Assembly: GCA_027319585.1 (NCBI GenBank)
Contig: DAHVMY010000003.1
Span: 35,115-99,114 of the forward strand
Reading direction: 5' to 3'
DNA: 64,000 nucleotides
From: Candidatus Dormiibacterota bacterium
GTDB lineage: Bacteria; Chloroflexota; Dormibacteria; Aeolococcales; Bog-877
Position numbers and translations under genes: made by a program. The notes beneath the pieces were generated by a model that ran no database searches, was not told the DNA's origin, and was given only the letters and a program-made list of their open reading frames with translations. Below are positions 1 to 8,937 of the stretch, in pieces. Numbering within the stretch: the stretch's first letter is position 1; every line of letters starts with the position of its first letter.

Positions 1-1
1 C

Positions 2-310
2 TACTGGACCTTCTACTATCCCAACGGCAAGTACTCCCTGCGGACCCTGGAGATCCCGGTCAACGTGCCCGTCGAGATCTCCACCGAGTCCCTGGATGTG
101 ATCCACGGGTTCTGGGTTCCCCAGCTCGGGGCCAAGATCGACGCTCTCCCGGGGATCGTGAACCACGCGTTCATCGAGGGCAACCGCATCGGGACCTACG
201 GGGGCCAGTGTTACGAGTTCTGCGGAGTCGGCCATGACCAGATGCTGATCACGGTCAAGGTCGTCACGATGGCGCAGTACCAGAGTTACGTCCAGCACCT
301 TTCCACCTGA
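2..310 (+). CDS. ctaC: Cytochrome c oxidase subunit II, C-terminal CuA domain (5' end lies outside the window)
   Basis: The frame is open from base 2. The CuA ligand pattern 'HGFWVP...CYEFCGVGHDQM' is present, and ctaD follows directly. Confidence 0.9.
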   Translation, partial: YWTFYYPNGKYSLRTLEIPVNVPVEISTESLDVIHGFWVPQLGAKIDALPGIVNHAFIEGNRIGTYGGQCYEFCGVGHDQMLITVKVVTMAQYQSYVQHLST

Positions 311-326
311 CGAGGGCCAACCAACC

Positions 327-1985
327 ATGGCAACAGCCGAGCTGCCGCTGAGCCGACCGAGCTACCGGGGCTACCAGAACGTCTGGGATTGGGTCACGAC
401 CACCGATCACAAGCGGATCGGGCTCCTCTACCTCTGGACGACCATGGCGTTTTTCCTGATCGGCGGGCTTATGGCCCTCCTGATCCGCACCCAGCTGGCT
501 GAGCCCAACAACGACCTTTTGACGGCCTCTCAGTACAACCAGCTCTTCACCATGCACGGGACCACGATGATCTTCCTGTTCGTGATCCCGGTCTGGAGCG
601 CGTTCGGCAATTTCATGCTCCCCCTCATGATCGGGGCCAAGGACATGGCCTTCCCCCGCATCAACGCCTTCGCCTTCTGGCTCATCCCCCTGGGGGGGCT
701 GGTGATGTACAGCGGTTTCTTCTTCGGGGGCAGTGCCGCCGCCGGCTGGACCGGGTACGTGCCGCTGACCGAGAAGCTCTACTCGCCCCAGGTGGGCCAG
801 GACCTCTGGATCCTCGGCCTGCACATTCTCGGGATCGCCTCGGTCATGGGCGCGGTCAACTTCCTGGTCACCATCCACCGCATGCGCGCTCCCGGTATGA
901 CCTGGTTTCGCCTGCCGCTCTTCGTCTGGGCGATCGAGGTCACCTCAGCGCTGGTTCTCCTGGCCTCGCCCTTCCTGGCGGCCGCGCTTGCCATGGTCCT
1001 CATGGACCGGCAGCTGGGCACCAACTTCTTCAACCCCGCCCACGGGGGGAACGTGATCCTCTACCAGCTCATCTTCTGGTTCTACTCCCACCCGGCGGTC
1101 TACATCATGATCCTGCCCGGCTTCGGGGTGATCTCGGAGATCTTGCCGGTCTTCACCCGCAAGCCGATCTTCGGCTATCGGGCCATGGCGATGTCCATGG
1201 CCGCCATCGGGGTGCTGGGCTTCATGGTCTTCGGCCACCACATGTTCACGGTGGGCCTGCCTCTGCCGGTCCAGATCTTCTTCATGGCGGCGACGATGGT
1301 GATCGCGGTCCCCACCGGGGTGAAGATCTTCAACTGGTTGGGCACCATGTGGGGGGGCTCGATCCGTTACACCTCGGCGATGCTGTTCGCGGTGGGCTTC
1401 ATCCTGATGTTCCTGATCGGGGGCCTCGATGGTGTCTTCCTGGCGTCGCTGGGCATCGACTACGAGCTCAACGGAACCTACTGGGTGGTGGCGCACATCC
1501 ACTACGTCCTGGTGGGTGGATCTTTGTTCGCGGTCTTCGGCGCCCTCTACTACTGGTGGCCGAAGATGTTCGGGCGCTATCTCAATGAGCGCCTCGGCAA
1601 GTGGCACTTCTGGCTTTTGCTGATCGGGTTCAACCTGACCTTCATGCCCATGCACTTCCTGGGGGTGATGGGGATGCCGCGACGGATCGCGACCTACAGC
1701 GCCGCCAGCGGCTGGGGGCCGCTCAACCTGCTGGAGACGATCGGCTCCTACATCATCGCGATCGCGATCATGATCTTCCTGTACAACGTGGCGATCTCGC
1801 TGCACGGGCCCAAGAACGCGGTCAACGATCCCTGGGAGGGGAACTCGCTGGAGTGGTTCGCGGCCTCGCCGCCGCCGCCCGAGAACTTCACCAAGGAGCT
1901 CCCTCCGATTGAGAGCAACCGTCCTTTGCGCGACTTCCGGTTGGCGGGCAACGCGACCAATCCGCCGGGTGCCGTCCTGCCGTGA
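327..1985 (+). CDS. ctaD: Cytochrome c oxidase subunit I, A2-type haem-copper oxidase
   Basis: 552 aa with 12 or more TM segments. Motifs seen: 'WFYSHPAVYIMILPGFG' (YS motif replacing the helix-VI Glu), 'GHHMFTVG', 'VAHIHYVL', 'MHFLGVMGMPRR'. Confidence 0.95.
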   Translation: MATAELPLSRPSYRGYQNVWDWVTTTDHKRIGLLYLWTTMAFFLIGGLMALLIRTQLAEPNNDLLTASQYNQLFTMHGTTMIFLFVIPVWSAFGNFMLPLMIGAKDMAFPRINAFAFWLIPLGGLVMYSGFFFGGSAAAGWTGYVPLTEKLYSPQVGQDLWILGLHILGIASVMGAVNFLVTIHRMRAPGMTWFRLPLFVWAIEVTSALVLLASPFLAAALAMVLMDRQLGTNFFNPAHGGNVILYQLIFWFYSHPAVYIMILPGFGVISEILPVFTRKPIFGYRAMAMSMAAIGVLGFMVFGHHMFTVGLPLPVQIFFMAATMVIAVPTGVKIFNWLGTMWGGSIRYTSAMLFAVGFILMFLIGGLDGVFLASLGIDYELNGTYWVVAHIHYVLVGGSLFAVFGALYYWWPKMFGRYLNERLGKWHFWLLLIGFNLTFMPMHFLGVMGMPRRIATYSAASGWGPLNLLETIGSYIIAIAIMIFLYNVAISLHGPKNAVNDPWEGNSLEWFAASPPPPENFTKELPPIESNRPLRDFRLAGNATNPPGAVLP

Positions 1986-2986
1986 GCACGGCCGCGCTGT
2001 CCCCGAGTGGACGCCGGCCACCTGCGATCCTCGCGGCCCTGGCACTGGCGACTGGGGTGGTCACCTACTTCCTGATCATCCTCGGGAGCACCGTCAGGGT
2101 CACTGAGTCGGGGATGGGCTGTCCCGGCTGGCCACTCTGCTACGGCCAGCTGGGCCCGATCGACCACTTTCACGCTCTCCTGGAGCAGTCGCATCGCTAC
2201 GTGGTGGCGCTGGTCACCGTGCTGGTGGTCCTCACCGCCGTCGCCGCCTGGCGGCTCGCCCGCGACCGGCGTTCCGTGGTGGTTCCGGCGACAGCTGCCC
2301 TGGGTGTGATCGCGATCCAGATCGCGCTCGGAGCGATCACGGTGATCACCCACAATGCGCCGATCACGGTCGCCCTGCACCTGCTGTTTGGGCTGATCGT
2401 GCTGGCGGTGACCTGGGTCACGGTGGCGGCGGTGTTCGTGGTGCGCAGGCCGACGGCCGGGAGGCGGCTTGGCCCCCTTGGCTACGCGACCGTGGGTTTG
2501 ACGTTCGTCCTGCTGATCTCGGGTTCCATGGTGGTTGACGGCGGGGCAACCTATGCGTGCCCCTCCTGGCCCTTCTGCACCGCCCATGGCATAGCCGCAC
2601 CCCTGGTCGCCATCCAGTACGCGCACCGCTTCACCGTCCTGATCGTGTCCATCTTCATCGTGCTCTTCGTGATGCACGTGGCGCGGCGCTGGCGGCAGGT
2701 GCCGGGAGCCCGCATCATCGCGGATCTGGCCGCGGTCTTGCTTCTGGCGCAGATCGCCGTCGGCGGGCTGGTCGCCACCCTCTCGGCGCCGGACGCCCTC
2801 CAGGACCTGCACATCGCCCTGGCCGCGGCGATCTGGGTGTCGATGGTGGTGCTCGCCACCATGGGCTGGCTCACCGGGGCCGACTCCAGCCCCAGAGCGC
2901 TCCGCGAAGTGGACGAGGCCGTCTCCAGGTCGGGCCCGGTCCGGGAGCTTAAACTGGGGTCCCGAACATCGACGGAGGAAGGTTAG
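1982..2986 (+). CDS. ctaA: Haem A synthase (CtaA/COX15 family)
   Basis: Polytopic membrane protein with 'MGCPGWPLCYG' and a second Cys pair 'YACPSWPFC'. Its GTG start overlaps the ctaD stop (GTGA). Confidence 0.85.
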   Translation: MSTAALSPSGRRPPAILAALALATGVVTYFLIILGSTVRVTESGMGCPGWPLCYGQLGPIDHFHALLEQSHRYVVALVTVLVVLTAVAAWRLARDRRSVVVPATAALGVIAIQIALGAITVITHNAPITVALHLLFGLIVLAVTWVTVAAVFVVRRPTAGRRLGPLGYATVGLTFVLLISGSMVVDGGATYACPSWPFCTAHGIAAPLVAIQYAHRFTVLIVSIFIVLFVMHVARRWRQVPGARIIADLAAVLLLAQIAVGGLVATLSAPDALQDLHIALAAAIWVSMVVLATMGWLTGADSSPRALREVDEAVSRSGPVRELKLGSRTSTEEG

Positions 2987-3108
2987 TGCAACGCAAGAGT
3001 GCCGGCGGCAACATGCGGCTGGGGATCACCCTCACCGTCATCGCGATCCTCATGCTGGCGGTCGCGTTCGCCTGGGCCACGCTGTATCTGGGCGCCTCCC
3101 ATGGCTGA
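2986..3108 (+). CDS. Small single-TM protein of 40 aa (below the ORF-track length cutoff), possible small oxidase subunit
   Basis: GTG at 2986 overlaps the ctaA TAG by 1 nt, with GGAGG 7 nt upstream (2974-2978). Translation is VQRKSAGGNMRLGITLTVIAILMLAVAFAWATLYLGASHG, one clean TM helix. Its stop overlaps the next ATG (ATGGCTGA). An alternative ATG lies at 3013. Confidence 0.4.
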   Translation: MQRKSAGGNMRLGITLTVIAILMLAVAFAWATLYLGASHG

Positions 3109-3319
3109 CCAGGGGATGCCGGCGCCCGACGAACACGACGGCGCGGAGCACCTTCCCGGGCCCAGCTTCTGGCCGGTGGTGCTGGCCATAGGAGTGGCCA
3201 TGAGCCTGGTGGGGACCATCACCAAGTATGCGGTGCTGATCATCGGGCTAGTCATCGTGCTGGTGGCCCTAGGAGGCTGGATCCGCTCCGCCCGGAGCGA
3301 GTACCGTCGACTTTCCTGA
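3101..3319 (+). CDS. Small 2-TM membrane protein resembling the C-terminal half of actinobacterial oxidase subunit IV (CtaF-like)
   Basis: ATG at 3101. 'HLPGPSFWPVVLAIGVAMSLVG...GLVIVLVALGGWIRSARSEY' recalls the CtaF 'SPHSWWP' region. The longer track ORF from 2999 reads the alternative frame of the 40-aa TM ORF. Confidence 0.55.
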   Translation: MADQGMPAPDEHDGAEHLPGPSFWPVVLAIGVAMSLVGTITKYAVLIIGLVIVLVALGGWIRSARSEYRRLS

Positions 3320-3346
3320 GCCGCATGGCCGGGAACCGACCGGGCG

Positions 3347-3673
3347 ATGCGAGCGTCGCCGGTGATCCTGGCGGCTGCTCCCGGCGGCAGCGTGGGGCTG
3401 GGTTCCCTGATCGTGGGGGTTGGACTGCTGATGGCGTTTGCGGCGGGGCTGACCCTGCGGAGCATCTGGGGCAAGCCTCCAGAGCAAGACGAGAATGCAC
3501 CGCGCACCGGGCCTCTCGATCCCCGGGCCAAGCCGCTGCGGTCTCCGGCCCTGGGCCCGATGCGAACCTGGCTCCGGCTGCTGCTCAGCTTCGACTTCGG
3601 GTGCCTGGCGGTGATCTCCGCGGTCCTGCTTCTGCTGGGGCTGGTCCTGATCTTCCGAGGGCTTGGCGTTTGA
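3347..3673 (+). CDS. Hypothetical 2-TM membrane protein
   Basis: Two hydrophobic helices flank a Pro/Arg-rich loop. Third-position GC is high. The alternative frame (3325..3741) looks non-protein-like. Confidence 0.5.
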   Translation: MRASPVILAAAPGGSVGLGSLIVGVGLLMAFAAGLTLRSIWGKPPEQDENAPRTGPLDPRAKPLRSPALGPMRTWLRLLLSFDFGCLAVISAVLLLLGLVLIFRGLGV

Positions 3674-3737
3674 TGACGGCGCACGGGTGCGGGGGCGGGG
3701 TTTCCGGGCCGGGGCGGGTCGCTAACATGGTTCGGGC

Positions 3738-4826
3738 ATGAGCTGGGAGACGTTCGTCCGCCGCCGCTTCGAGGTCGCCACCGCGGCAGTCATGCTGGGG
3801 CTTCTGTTCGTGCTGGTGGTGTGGGCGGTGATGGTGGTGCTAAAGGTCGCCAACCCCTACGTCTTCCACTTCAACTTGCTGATGGACATCCTGCCCTGGT
3901 TCACTCCGGTGCTCATCATTCTGGTTTTGGGGATCCCGCTCTACTGGCGGATCGCGGGGTGGCTCCAGGGGCCCGACGGGGGCCTCCAGCGGGTGGTCGA
4001 GAAGCGGTTTGAATTGGTGTTCGGATCGGCCGTATATCTGCTCATCTACACCATGGCGGTCTGGGGTGTGATGGTTCTGCTCCGCGCCTGGGACGGCTAT
4101 GACTTCCACTACAACCTGGCGGTGGACTGGCTGCCCGCGATCGTGCCGCCGTGGATGATCTGGGCGCTCGGCTCCCCCATGGTGTGGAAGGTGCTGGGTG
4201 CCTTGGGCGGGTGCTACGAGGTGCATCGCCAGCGGGTGCGCAACTGGACCGCGATCCTGGTCAGCGGCTTTTTGGGGGCCGCCTTTCTGACCGGCGGGGG
4301 CCTGTTACTGAACGAAGGGGTGTATGCGGGCACGGCTGGGCTGGCCGTGGCCGTGCAGCAGGACCTGGTGGACTTTGGGATCCTCGTCTTCTCGGTGGGC
4401 GGCATCTGCTGGGCCATCATGCTTGGCAACCTCTGGTTCGGCTGGCGCCAAGAGCCCGCCCCCGCTGGTGACCTTCGCCCCCTTGACCGGTTGCGGCTGG
4501 AGAGGCCCAGGATCATCGCCCAGGCGTTCGTGATCACGAACGTCGCCTTCGGCCTGGTCGGTCTGATGATGACCGCCGTGCAGTACGTGGACGCGCAGGA
4601 CTTTCACTTCTACATGGCGATGGACATCTGGGGATTCGGCGTCCCGCTCGTGCTCGGGTGGGCCATCTATGCCGGGTTCGTCCAGCTGGTGCCGAACTGG
4701 CTGGCGCGGCGCAACCCAGCTCGCTGGGGCAGTGGGGTCGAGGTGGCGAGCGGGCCGACCGGGCCCGCCGGCGCCAGTGGGAGGTGGGGCTACGGCGGTC
4801 CGGACCTGCTCGAATCGGGGAGCTGA
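3738..4826 (+). CDS. Polytopic membrane protein with internal repeats of about 75 aa ('FHFNL' motif), function unknown
   Basis: 362 aa, ATG start. Three clear repeat units plus one degenerate unit are visible (see findings). Confidence 0.7.
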   Translation: MSWETFVRRRFEVATAAVMLGLLFVLVVWAVMVVLKVANPYVFHFNLLMDILPWFTPVLIILVLGIPLYWRIAGWLQGPDGGLQRVVEKRFELVFGSAVYLLIYTMAVWGVMVLLRAWDGYDFHYNLAVDWLPAIVPPWMIWALGSPMVWKVLGALGGCYEVHRQRVRNWTAILVSGFLGAAFLTGGGLLLNEGVYAGTAGLAVAVQQDLVDFGILVFSVGGICWAIMLGNLWFGWRQEPAPAGDLRPLDRLRLERPRIIAQAFVITNVAFGLVGLMMTAVQYVDAQDFHFYMAMDIWGFGVPLVLGWAIYAGFVQLVPNWLARRNPARWGSGVEVASGPTGPAGASGRWGYGGPDLLESGS

Positions 4827-4897
4827 ATTCCAAGACCTCTGACAGGCGTCAGCTCTGCCGTGGTGCTCTCCGAGGCGACCACCAGGGCCGCCAACCC

Positions 4898-5767
4898 TCA
4901 GGGCTGGGCGGCAGCGCGCTCCTCGAGCAGGCTGAGGAGCAGCGGGTCCACGCGATCCCGGCTGCGGCAGCGTTCCTCGAGGTTCTCCATCCCGGCCCAC
5001 GCCTGAAGCGCGTCCAACGTCTCGTCCCGAGATGCTGTGGTCCCTACCCGTCCCAGCCGCTGCAGGCTGTGCCGGAGCCGGTCCAGCATCTGCTCATCGA
5101 CGGGCACCAGGTCGGCCGGATCCGGAGACTCGAATTGCAGCCTCCAGAGGTGCATAAGGCGGGTGAGCTCTGGAATCGGGTCCTGGTGGTCGTCGACGCG
5201 CAGATCGACCATTCGGTCGTCGCGACCGCCGTAACCGGCGTTCGGGCGCACCACCAGGACTGCGGCGGACTGCCGCCCGCGGCGGTCTCCGCCGGCCCGG
5301 TCGCCCGCGGCCAGCGCCTCCAGGAGCCTTCCGGCGAGGGCGCCACGGCTGGGCGCGAAGGCGGCCATCATCGCGTCGACCACCTCCGGGCCGGCCAGGA
5401 TGTTGCCCTGGCACGCCACCCCTGCCCCCACCCGGCCCCCGGCCCATTCGAAGCAGGCCGAGCCGGTGAAGGTGGCAGCGTTGCCATCCCTATCCACCAC
5501 TCCCAGCTGGCGGTGGTCGCGGTCGGGGTCGGCGCCAGTGAGCGCGGCCACGACCTCGGCGGCTGAGCGGCCCTGGGCTAGGAGCCTGAGGCCCTCGTTC
5601 TTGTAGCTGGTGTTGCCCATCGCCTGAGTGGCGACCGCTCCCACTCCGGCGGTGGCGGCGGGTACCACCGAGCCGACGGCCAGGAATTTGGAGGCGACCG
5701 CCACCCCCCAGTCGCGACCGTCGGTGGCGACGATGGAGAAGGTCGCGATTCGCGGGGCGCGGTTCAT
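4898..5767 (-). CDS. DUF1028 family protein (Ntn-hydrolase-like) with a C-terminal peptidoglycan-binding-like tail
   Basis: Start chosen at the internal ATG 5767 ('MNRAPRIATFSIVATD...'). The 189-aa upstream extension of the track ORF is antisense to the PIG-L gene and looks non-coding. Confidence 0.8.
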   Translation of the reverse strand: MNRAPRIATFSIVATDGRDWGVAVASKFLAVGSVVPAATAGVGAVATQAMGNTSYKNEGLRLLAQGRSAAEVVAALTGADPDRDHRQLGVVDRDGNAATFTGSACFEWAGGRVGAGVACQGNILAGPEVVDAMMAAFAPSRGALAGRLLEALAAGDRAGGDRRGRQSAAVLVVRPNAGYGGRDDRMVDLRVDDHQDPIPELTRLMHLWRLQFESPDPADLVPVDEQMLDRLRHSLQRLGRVGTTASRDETLDALQAWAGMENLEERCRSRDRVDPLLLSLLEERAAAQP

Positions 5768-5788
5768 CTCTGGGAGGATAGCGGATGA

Positions 5789-6643
5789 ATGAGCGCCACC
5801 GAAGAATCCGAGCGCGGCTCCGCGGCGGCTCAGCCGCTGGAGCTGTTCGAGTATGTGCCGGAGTCGGCCCTGGTGGTGGTGGCCCATCCGGACGACTGCG
5901 ACTTTCTGGCGGCGGCGGTCATGTCCCGGTGGGTGAGCCAGGGTACCCGAGGCGCGATCTGCCTGGTCACCGACGGCGATGCCGGAGGTGACGACCCCTC
6001 GGTACCCCCCGGTGAGCTGAGCCGGGTACGGTTGGACGAGCAGCGCCGAGCCGCGGCCCACCTGGGGGTAGCTACCGTCCTCTGCCTCGGCTACCCCGAC
6101 GGGATGCTGCAGAACACCCTGGAGGTGCGCCGCGACCTGGTTCGGGTGCTGCGACGTCTGAGGCCCGAGCTGGTGGTCACCATGGACCCGACCAATCGCT
6201 TCTTCGGGAGGGGCTACATCAACCATCCCGATCATCGCGCGGCGGCGGACGCCTGCCTGGACGCCGTGTTCCCCAGCGCGCGAGACGTGCGCGCCTTTCC
6301 CGAGCTGGCCCGGGATGAGGGCCTGCAGCCCCATCGCACCAGATTCGTACTGGTCGGGTCAGGCGACCATGCGGACGTGGCGGTCCCGGTATCCGAGCAC
6401 GATCTCGAGAACAAGCTCAAGGCGCTCGGGGAGCACCGCAGCCAGTTCGATGCCTCCGACATGCGCGAGCCCACATTCCAGCGGGCCCGGCAGGTGGGGG
6501 CGAAGGCGGGGGTCGCTCTGGCGGAGAGCTATAGGCTGTTCGATCTGGCGCCCAATCCATCCCAGCGGGGCTACGGGCGTGGCCTGGCGGACCGCCCTCA
6601 GGGGGTGCCTCCGCCCCGGGAGCCGGCCTCGGACTGGGGCTGA
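5789..6643 (+). CDS. PIG-L/LmbE family N-acetylglucosaminyl deacetylase
   Basis: 'VVAHPDDCDF' and 'NHPDHRAA' zinc-site motifs are present. GGGAGGA lies 10 nt upstream. Confidence 0.8.
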   Translation: MSATEESERGSAAAQPLELFEYVPESALVVVAHPDDCDFLAAAVMSRWVSQGTRGAICLVTDGDAGGDDPSVPPGELSRVRLDEQRRAAAHLGVATVLCLGYPDGMLQNTLEVRRDLVRVLRRLRPELVVTMDPTNRFFGRGYINHPDHRAAADACLDAVFPSARDVRAFPELARDEGLQPHRTRFVLVGSGDHADVAVPVSEHDLENKLKALGEHRSQFDASDMREPTFQRARQVGAKAGVALAESYRLFDLAPNPSQRGYGRGLADRPQGVPPPREPASDWG

Positions 6644-6844
6644 GAGGTGCGGGCCGCGTGGCCACTGACGGCGGGCAGTCAGCGGTCCTCCGCCCGTTCC
6701 ACCGCGATATCCTGCCCAAGCTCTGCACTCACCTCAGCCGACTCGGCACCACCTTCCGGGCACCGGCCCACCCGTCACTCACGACGTGACCATGCGCTAC
6801 GCCGAAGTCGCCGCTTGACCCTTCATCTCCACCGGGACGAAGCT

Positions 6845-7321
6845 GTGCGCGTGGACTTCGATTCGCCCGCCGTGCAAGGTATCCGAGCCTCTGGCCTGGA
6901 GTTCCAGGTCGTTCAGACCGAGATCCCTTCCGGGCCAGAGGAGAGTGCCCAACTTCAGGGGATCGCGCTGGCTCAGCTCCTGCGGACAATTGTGGTGCGG
7001 CTCGGGGAGAACGACTACGTGTTCGTGCTCGTGCCTGGAGGGCGCCAGATCGACTGGCCCAAGCTGCGGGCGCTGCTGGGCACCCGACGAATCTCCCTTC
7101 CGGACAAGGATGAGGCCAAGCAGGTCACGGGTTACGACCGCGGAGCGATCACCCCGTTTGGCGCGACGAGGGCCTGGCCAGTGGTGGCGGACGCTGCCGT
7201 GGCGGCGGCTGGCCTGGTGGCGATCGGCGCCGGGGCCAGGGGCGCAAACTTCCACGTGGACGCCCGGGGGCTGCTCAAGACCCTGGACGCAAGGGTGGCC
7301 GATGTCACCAAGCCGGGCTGA
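6845..7321 (+). CDS. YbaK/EbsC-type aminoacyl-tRNA deacylase
   Basis: Family-typical length (about 158 aa) if started at GTG 6845 or 6851. 'GYDRGAITPFG' and overall YbaK-like sequence are seen. The upstream part of the track ORF is low-complexity. Confidence 0.75.
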   Translation: MRVDFDSPAVQGIRASGLEFQVVQTEIPSGPEESAQLQGIALAQLLRTIVVRLGENDYVFVLVPGGRQIDWPKLRALLGTRRISLPDKDEAKQVTGYDRGAITPFGATRAWPVVADAAVAAAGLVAIGAGARGANFHVDARGLLKTLDARVADVTKPG

Positions 7322-7802
7322 TCGGTCGCTGCAAAGGCGCGGCATTGCCCAGGCGCATCCTCGCTCTGCATCGGCCTGCCGCGGTACGGTGAAGAGCGGT
7401 GCACCACCCCGCAGGTTTGCAAACAAAGAGGCGTCTGTGGCTCTTGCTTGCTCGGCCGAGTCTACCGGCGGGATGGGATGGCTGCCACCTGGGCCGCAGG
7501 AGAGCGAGGCTATGTCGTGAGTCACTGGGTCAGCCAGGGATCCTGGAAATCGGGGGGCCGGGGGGTGCTGAGGGGCGAGAAGGCGCGTTAGGAGATTTGC
7601 GGTTCCGATCGGTCGCCACCACCACCTTTTGGAGGGCAGAGGTGCGCCTGCAGGTGCTTGAAGCCGTGTTGAATCAGTGGTAGCGAAGGGGCCACGCGCG
7701 GGAGATAGTGGTGCAGGATCCAAAACTCCTGTTTGGGCTCCTGTGGTTGGTCAAGCCGCCCGAGTGACGAGGCTCGCAGGGTGGGGGTGGTTGCCCTGGC
7801 CG

Positions 7803-8072
7803 ATGTTGGTGGTGATGGTCGGCGCGGTGACCCTGCTCGGCCCTTCAGTTTGGCGAGCCAGAAAGTCGGCGCTCGGCCCCTGCAGCGCTGGTCGGTTTCA
7901 CTCCAGCACCGCCCAAGTGCACGAGTCGTCAAGGGACCCGTTGGTCACCCTGCGGGAGAGGTTCGCCCTCGGTGATATGGACGTGGTCGGGCTGCGGCGG
8001 TCCGAGCCCGATCACGCTGGCGCACGGTCCCAAGATCGGGGTCCACTTTCTGAGCCTGGGGGTCGGCGGTGA
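7803..8072 (+). CDS. Possible small membrane protein with a SHOCT-like C-terminal motif
   Basis: ATG at 7803. It has an N-terminal TM ('MLVVMVGAVTLLGPSVW') and 'LRERFALGDMD', which resembles the SHOCT core L-x-x-R-[YF]-A-x-G-E-I. Its stop overlaps the GTG of the next gene (GTGA). The evidence is weak. Confidence 0.3.
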   Translation: MLVVMVGAVTLLGPSVWRARKSALGPCSAGRFHSSTAQVHESSRDPLVTLRERFALGDMDVVGLRRSEPDHAGARSQDRGPLSEPGGRR

Positions 8073-8764
8073 ACCGCTCGGAGGCAGACCCGGATCGGCA
8101 ATCTCTGATCGACCGGCAACGGACTCACTGGGAGCAGACTTTCACCTCCCACCCGGACATCTATGGCCGGCTTCCGAGTTCGCCGGGAGCCTACGCCGTC
8201 GACAGATTCGCCGCCGGAGGCGTGTCCAGCGTGCTCGAGCTCGGCCCCGGCCAGGGACGTGACACGATAGCGCTTCTGAAGGCCGGAGTGCAGGTCACGG
8301 CTCTCGACTACGCCGCCCGGCCGCTGGAGGGGATCGCCGCCGTCGCGGGACCGCAGCTGGGCTCAAGGCTGACCACTGTGGTCCACGACGTGCGCCGGCC
8401 GTTGCCGCTGCCGGCGGCCAGCTTCGACGCCAGCTACTCCCACATGCTCTTCACGATGGCGCTCTCCAGCCAGGAGCTGATCGGGTTGGCCGGGGAGGTA
8501 CACCGGGTGCTGCGGCCCGGTGGGCTGTGCATCTACACCGTGCGTCACACCGGCGACCCGCACTACGGCGCCGGTCGTGCTCTCGGCGACAACCTCTACG
8601 AAAATGGTGGCTTTGTCGTCCACTTCTTCGATGAGCTCCTGGTCGAGCGCCTGGGCTCAGGGTTCGAGATCGAAGATGTGACCGAATTCGAGGAGGGTGA
8701 ACTCCCCAGGCGGCTCTGGCGTATCACGATGCGGCGCAGCGACCGCCCTGCGCCGGTTCCATGA
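8069..8764 (+). CDS. Class I SAM-dependent methyltransferase
   Basis: Motif I 'VLELGPGQGRD' and post-I/II regions are present; 231 aa. Confidence 0.8.
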   Translation: MNRSEADPDRQSLIDRQRTHWEQTFTSHPDIYGRLPSSPGAYAVDRFAAGGVSSVLELGPGQGRDTIALLKAGVQVTALDYAARPLEGIAAVAGPQLGSRLTTVVHDVRRPLPLPAASFDASYSHMLFTMALSSQELIGLAGEVHRVLRPGGLCIYTVRHTGDPHYGAGRALGDNLYENGGFVVHFFDELLVERLGSGFEIEDVTEFEEGELPRRLWRITMRRSDRPAPVP

Positions 8765-8937
8765 CCTCCAACCGAGGCGCTGGCGACTGCCGTTTGCTAC
8801 CGGTCCTGCAGGCGAGCTGCGGGCGGCTGCCAGCAGAGCCGGTGTCGCTTTGCAGCTGTGATCCCAATTGGGCGCCTGCTGAGCTGGGGCGCCAGGTTCC
8901 GAGTCGTGGGAGCCGAGGGAGGAGACGTGCGCTGTGG

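Noticed and set aside
945-2045. 366-aa minus-strand ORF across ctaD
   Set aside because: It is antisense to an unmistakable subunit I gene. Its translation is Arg/Pro/Gly/His-rich low complexity, typical of shadow ORFs in high-GC DNA.
5768-6334. N-terminal 189-aa extension of the DUF1028 ORF
   Set aside because: It is antisense to the PIG-L deacetylase gene. DUF1028 proteins start at the 'M..ATFSI' nucleophile region, which is found at ATG 5767.
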